A stretch of DNA of 64,000 bases from an archaeon (GTDB taxonomy: Archaea > Iainarchaeota > Iainarchaeia > Iainarchaeales > CSSED10-239): the NCBI GenBank assembly GCA_035400625.1, contig DAOMZT010000001.1:306644-370643 (forward strand), read 5' to 3'. Below the pieces are notes generated by a model, which was not told where the DNA came from, did not search any database, and was given only the letters and a program-made list of their open reading frames with translations. Within the stretch, counting starts at the first letter, position 1, and every line of letters starts with the position of its first letter. Below, piece after piece: positions 62,615 through 64,000 of this stretch. Position numbers and translations under genes: made by a program.

Positions 62615-64000
62615 ATGAGAAAAGAATATTTGGTTAGTTTGTTATTTTTAGTTGCAATAGTTATTTCTGGAGTTTCTGCCGACCCTTTTGCAATTAATTA
62701 TTATGTAAATACTGATAGTTCCCAAGAGTATCTTAATCTTCAATATGGAAACTATTATGATAATGTTAGTTTAAGATTATGGCTACAAGCAACAGATGGC
62801 TATTCTAATGTGCCAGTTTATGTTTCTCCAAAGATTTATGGTCTTGATTCTTATGGCAACCTTACTTACCTCTATTCTGTCCCTACTCAAACATATTATG
62901 CTTATTCAACACCTTATGAGTATGTCTATCCAAATGTCTTCTATCTAACTCCTGACTATTATGGCTATGTGGTTAAGGTTTATGCAGAGGCAACAGGCTT
63001 TTACTATAACACTTACAGCTATGCTTATGTTTATCCAATAAATAATGCTCCTTATTATTACTTTATAGAAGATACTCCTGCACACAATGATTTTGATTTT
63101 CCACAAAGCACAACTCCAAGTTGTTCAGACATTGTCCTTTCTGGTTCTCAAAATATCTATCTAGATGAAGGAGAAAAGATGACTTATAGCCTTTATATTG
63201 AAAACGGAGCAAACGAAGATTTAGAGGTTGTTGATGTATATACAAGCAATCCAACAAAACTAGATGTTGATGATATTGATTATCCTGATACTGTTCCTGA
63301 CCTTTCAGTAAGAACAGTAAGAATCTATCTAGAAGCTGACTCAGTAAATGGAGATTATGATTCTTCTTTTACTGTTACTGTTAAAGCAAGATATCCAGGT
63401 TCTTCAATATGTACAAAAACTTACAAAGTAAACTATAACATAAGTGAAGAAGATGAGGATTATGAGGATGTTAGTTGTTCAGACCTAGATTTCTCCAACA
63501 CAAGCTTTACAATTAATGATGACGAGACAAGCACAAGAAAAGTAAAACTAAAGAACAACTCATATGATTATGATTTTGAAATTGATGATATAACAATAAA
63601 CAATAGAGATGGCTTAGATGCATATATAGAAGATGCACCAAGAGTTATTGATTATAGAGATTATGAATATGTGGAAATAGAATTTGATGCTGATGACTTT
63701 GATTACGATATTACAAAATACTTGACTTTAAATGTAAAAGGTGCTTTTGTTGATGGCTCACACGAGGTAAAAGAATGTACAAGAAAAGCAACAATAACTG
63801 TAAAGATTGAAGATGATGGCGATAACGATTCTGGTAACAATGAAACAAGCTGTAATGATATTTCTCTTTACACAAGAGACATTAGCCAAGCAGAGAACAG
63901 CACAAATTATTTTTCTGAAAATAATGGTTTCTATATTTTAAATAATTCAAATAGGACCTTTACAATAACAAGCCTAAGTTTAAATGATAATTCTAGCTTT
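62615..64000 (+). CDS. large secreted modular surface protein (5' part; continues beyond the window)
   Basis: Hand translation from ATG 62615 is open to the window end (462 codons). It has the signal peptide MRKEYLVSLLFLVAIVISGVSA, a Tyr-rich N-terminal domain, then modules of about 118-125 aa starting SC[SN]D at 63119, 63473 and 63848. Each module has a second Cys and an acidic linker. Confidence 0.7.
   Translation, partial: MRKEYLVSLLFLVAIVISGVSADPFAINYYVNTDSSQEYLNLQYGNYYDNVSLRLWLQATDGYSNVPVYVSPKIYGLDSYGNLTYLYSVPTQTYYAYSTPYEYVYPNVFYLTPDYYGYVVKVYAEATGFYYNTYSYAYVYPINNAPYYYFIEDTPAHNDFDFPQSTTPSCSDIVLSGSQNIYLDEGEKMTYSLYIENGANEDLEVVDVYTSNPTKLDVDDIDYPDTVPDLSVRTVRIYLEADSVNGDYDSSFTVTVKARYPGSSICTKTYKVNYNISEEDEDYEDVSCSDLDFSNTSFTINDDETSTRKVKLKNNSYDYDFEIDDITINNRDGLDAYIEDAPRVIDYRDYEYVEIEFDADDFDYDITKYLTLNVKGAFVDGSHEVKECTRKATITVKIEDDGDNDSGNNETSCNDISLYTRDISQAENSTNYFSENNGFYILNNSNRTFTITSLSLNDNSSF

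Noticed and set aside
1-64000. Searched by eye for CRISPR arrays, rRNA, IS elements, integrases, prophage genes and long tandem repeats.
   Set aside because: None were found. The only repeats are the short direct repeats at gene junctions and the in-frame protein-coding repeats reported above.

Overview
This window is a very AT-rich, gene-dense stretch of an archaeal chromosome. I call about 75 protein genes and one tRNA. I saw no rRNA, CRISPR array, transposase or integrase. The replication, repair and translation genes are all archaeal-type: PriL/PriS, GINS, PCNA, RFC-L, Rad50, HerA, Hel308, a split Hef, aIF2-alpha, aIF5A, aEF-1beta, aRF1, Pelota, ABCE1, Rpo6, S17e, S8e, L1/P0/P1, PheRS, TruD, Dph2, the archaeal CCA enzyme, proteasome beta, PAC2, LonB, aCPSF1, RNase Z and an Sm protein. 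Metabolic genes are few (GpmI, enolase, serine dehydratase). Many genes have overlapping stops and starts, and there are many class-III-signal pilin-like genes. Together this suggests a small-genome DPANN-type archaeon, which is an inference only.

Main second-look items:
1. Accessory ORFs wedged between core genes are bounded by direct repeats that duplicate the 3' end or junction of the upstream core gene.
   - A perfect 14-bp repeat flanks a RelE-type toxin-antitoxin pair that separates the hef helicase from the hef nuclease.
   - A 32/33-bp repeat flanks a Cys-rich membrane-protein gene just after the hef nuclease.
   - A 21/22-bp repeat (plus a 4-nt indel) flanks a JAMM-like ORF between rfcL and abce1.
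   - A 12-bp repeat flanks its paralog after rad50.
2. At least 10 ORFans carry K/R/P-rich N-terminal tails. Three members of about 250-263 aa sit directly 3' of rad50, rfcL and pcn.
3. There are two pilin loci. One includes a 59-aa pilin ORF that is missing from the ORF track.
4. A NYN, roadblock-like and MinD operon is present. The MinD C-terminal amphipathic motif recurs in a neighbouring membrane protein.
5. An archaeosortase-like gene lies near candidate substrates, including a modular surface protein that runs off the window end.

All family assignments come from motif recognition by eye, with no database search.
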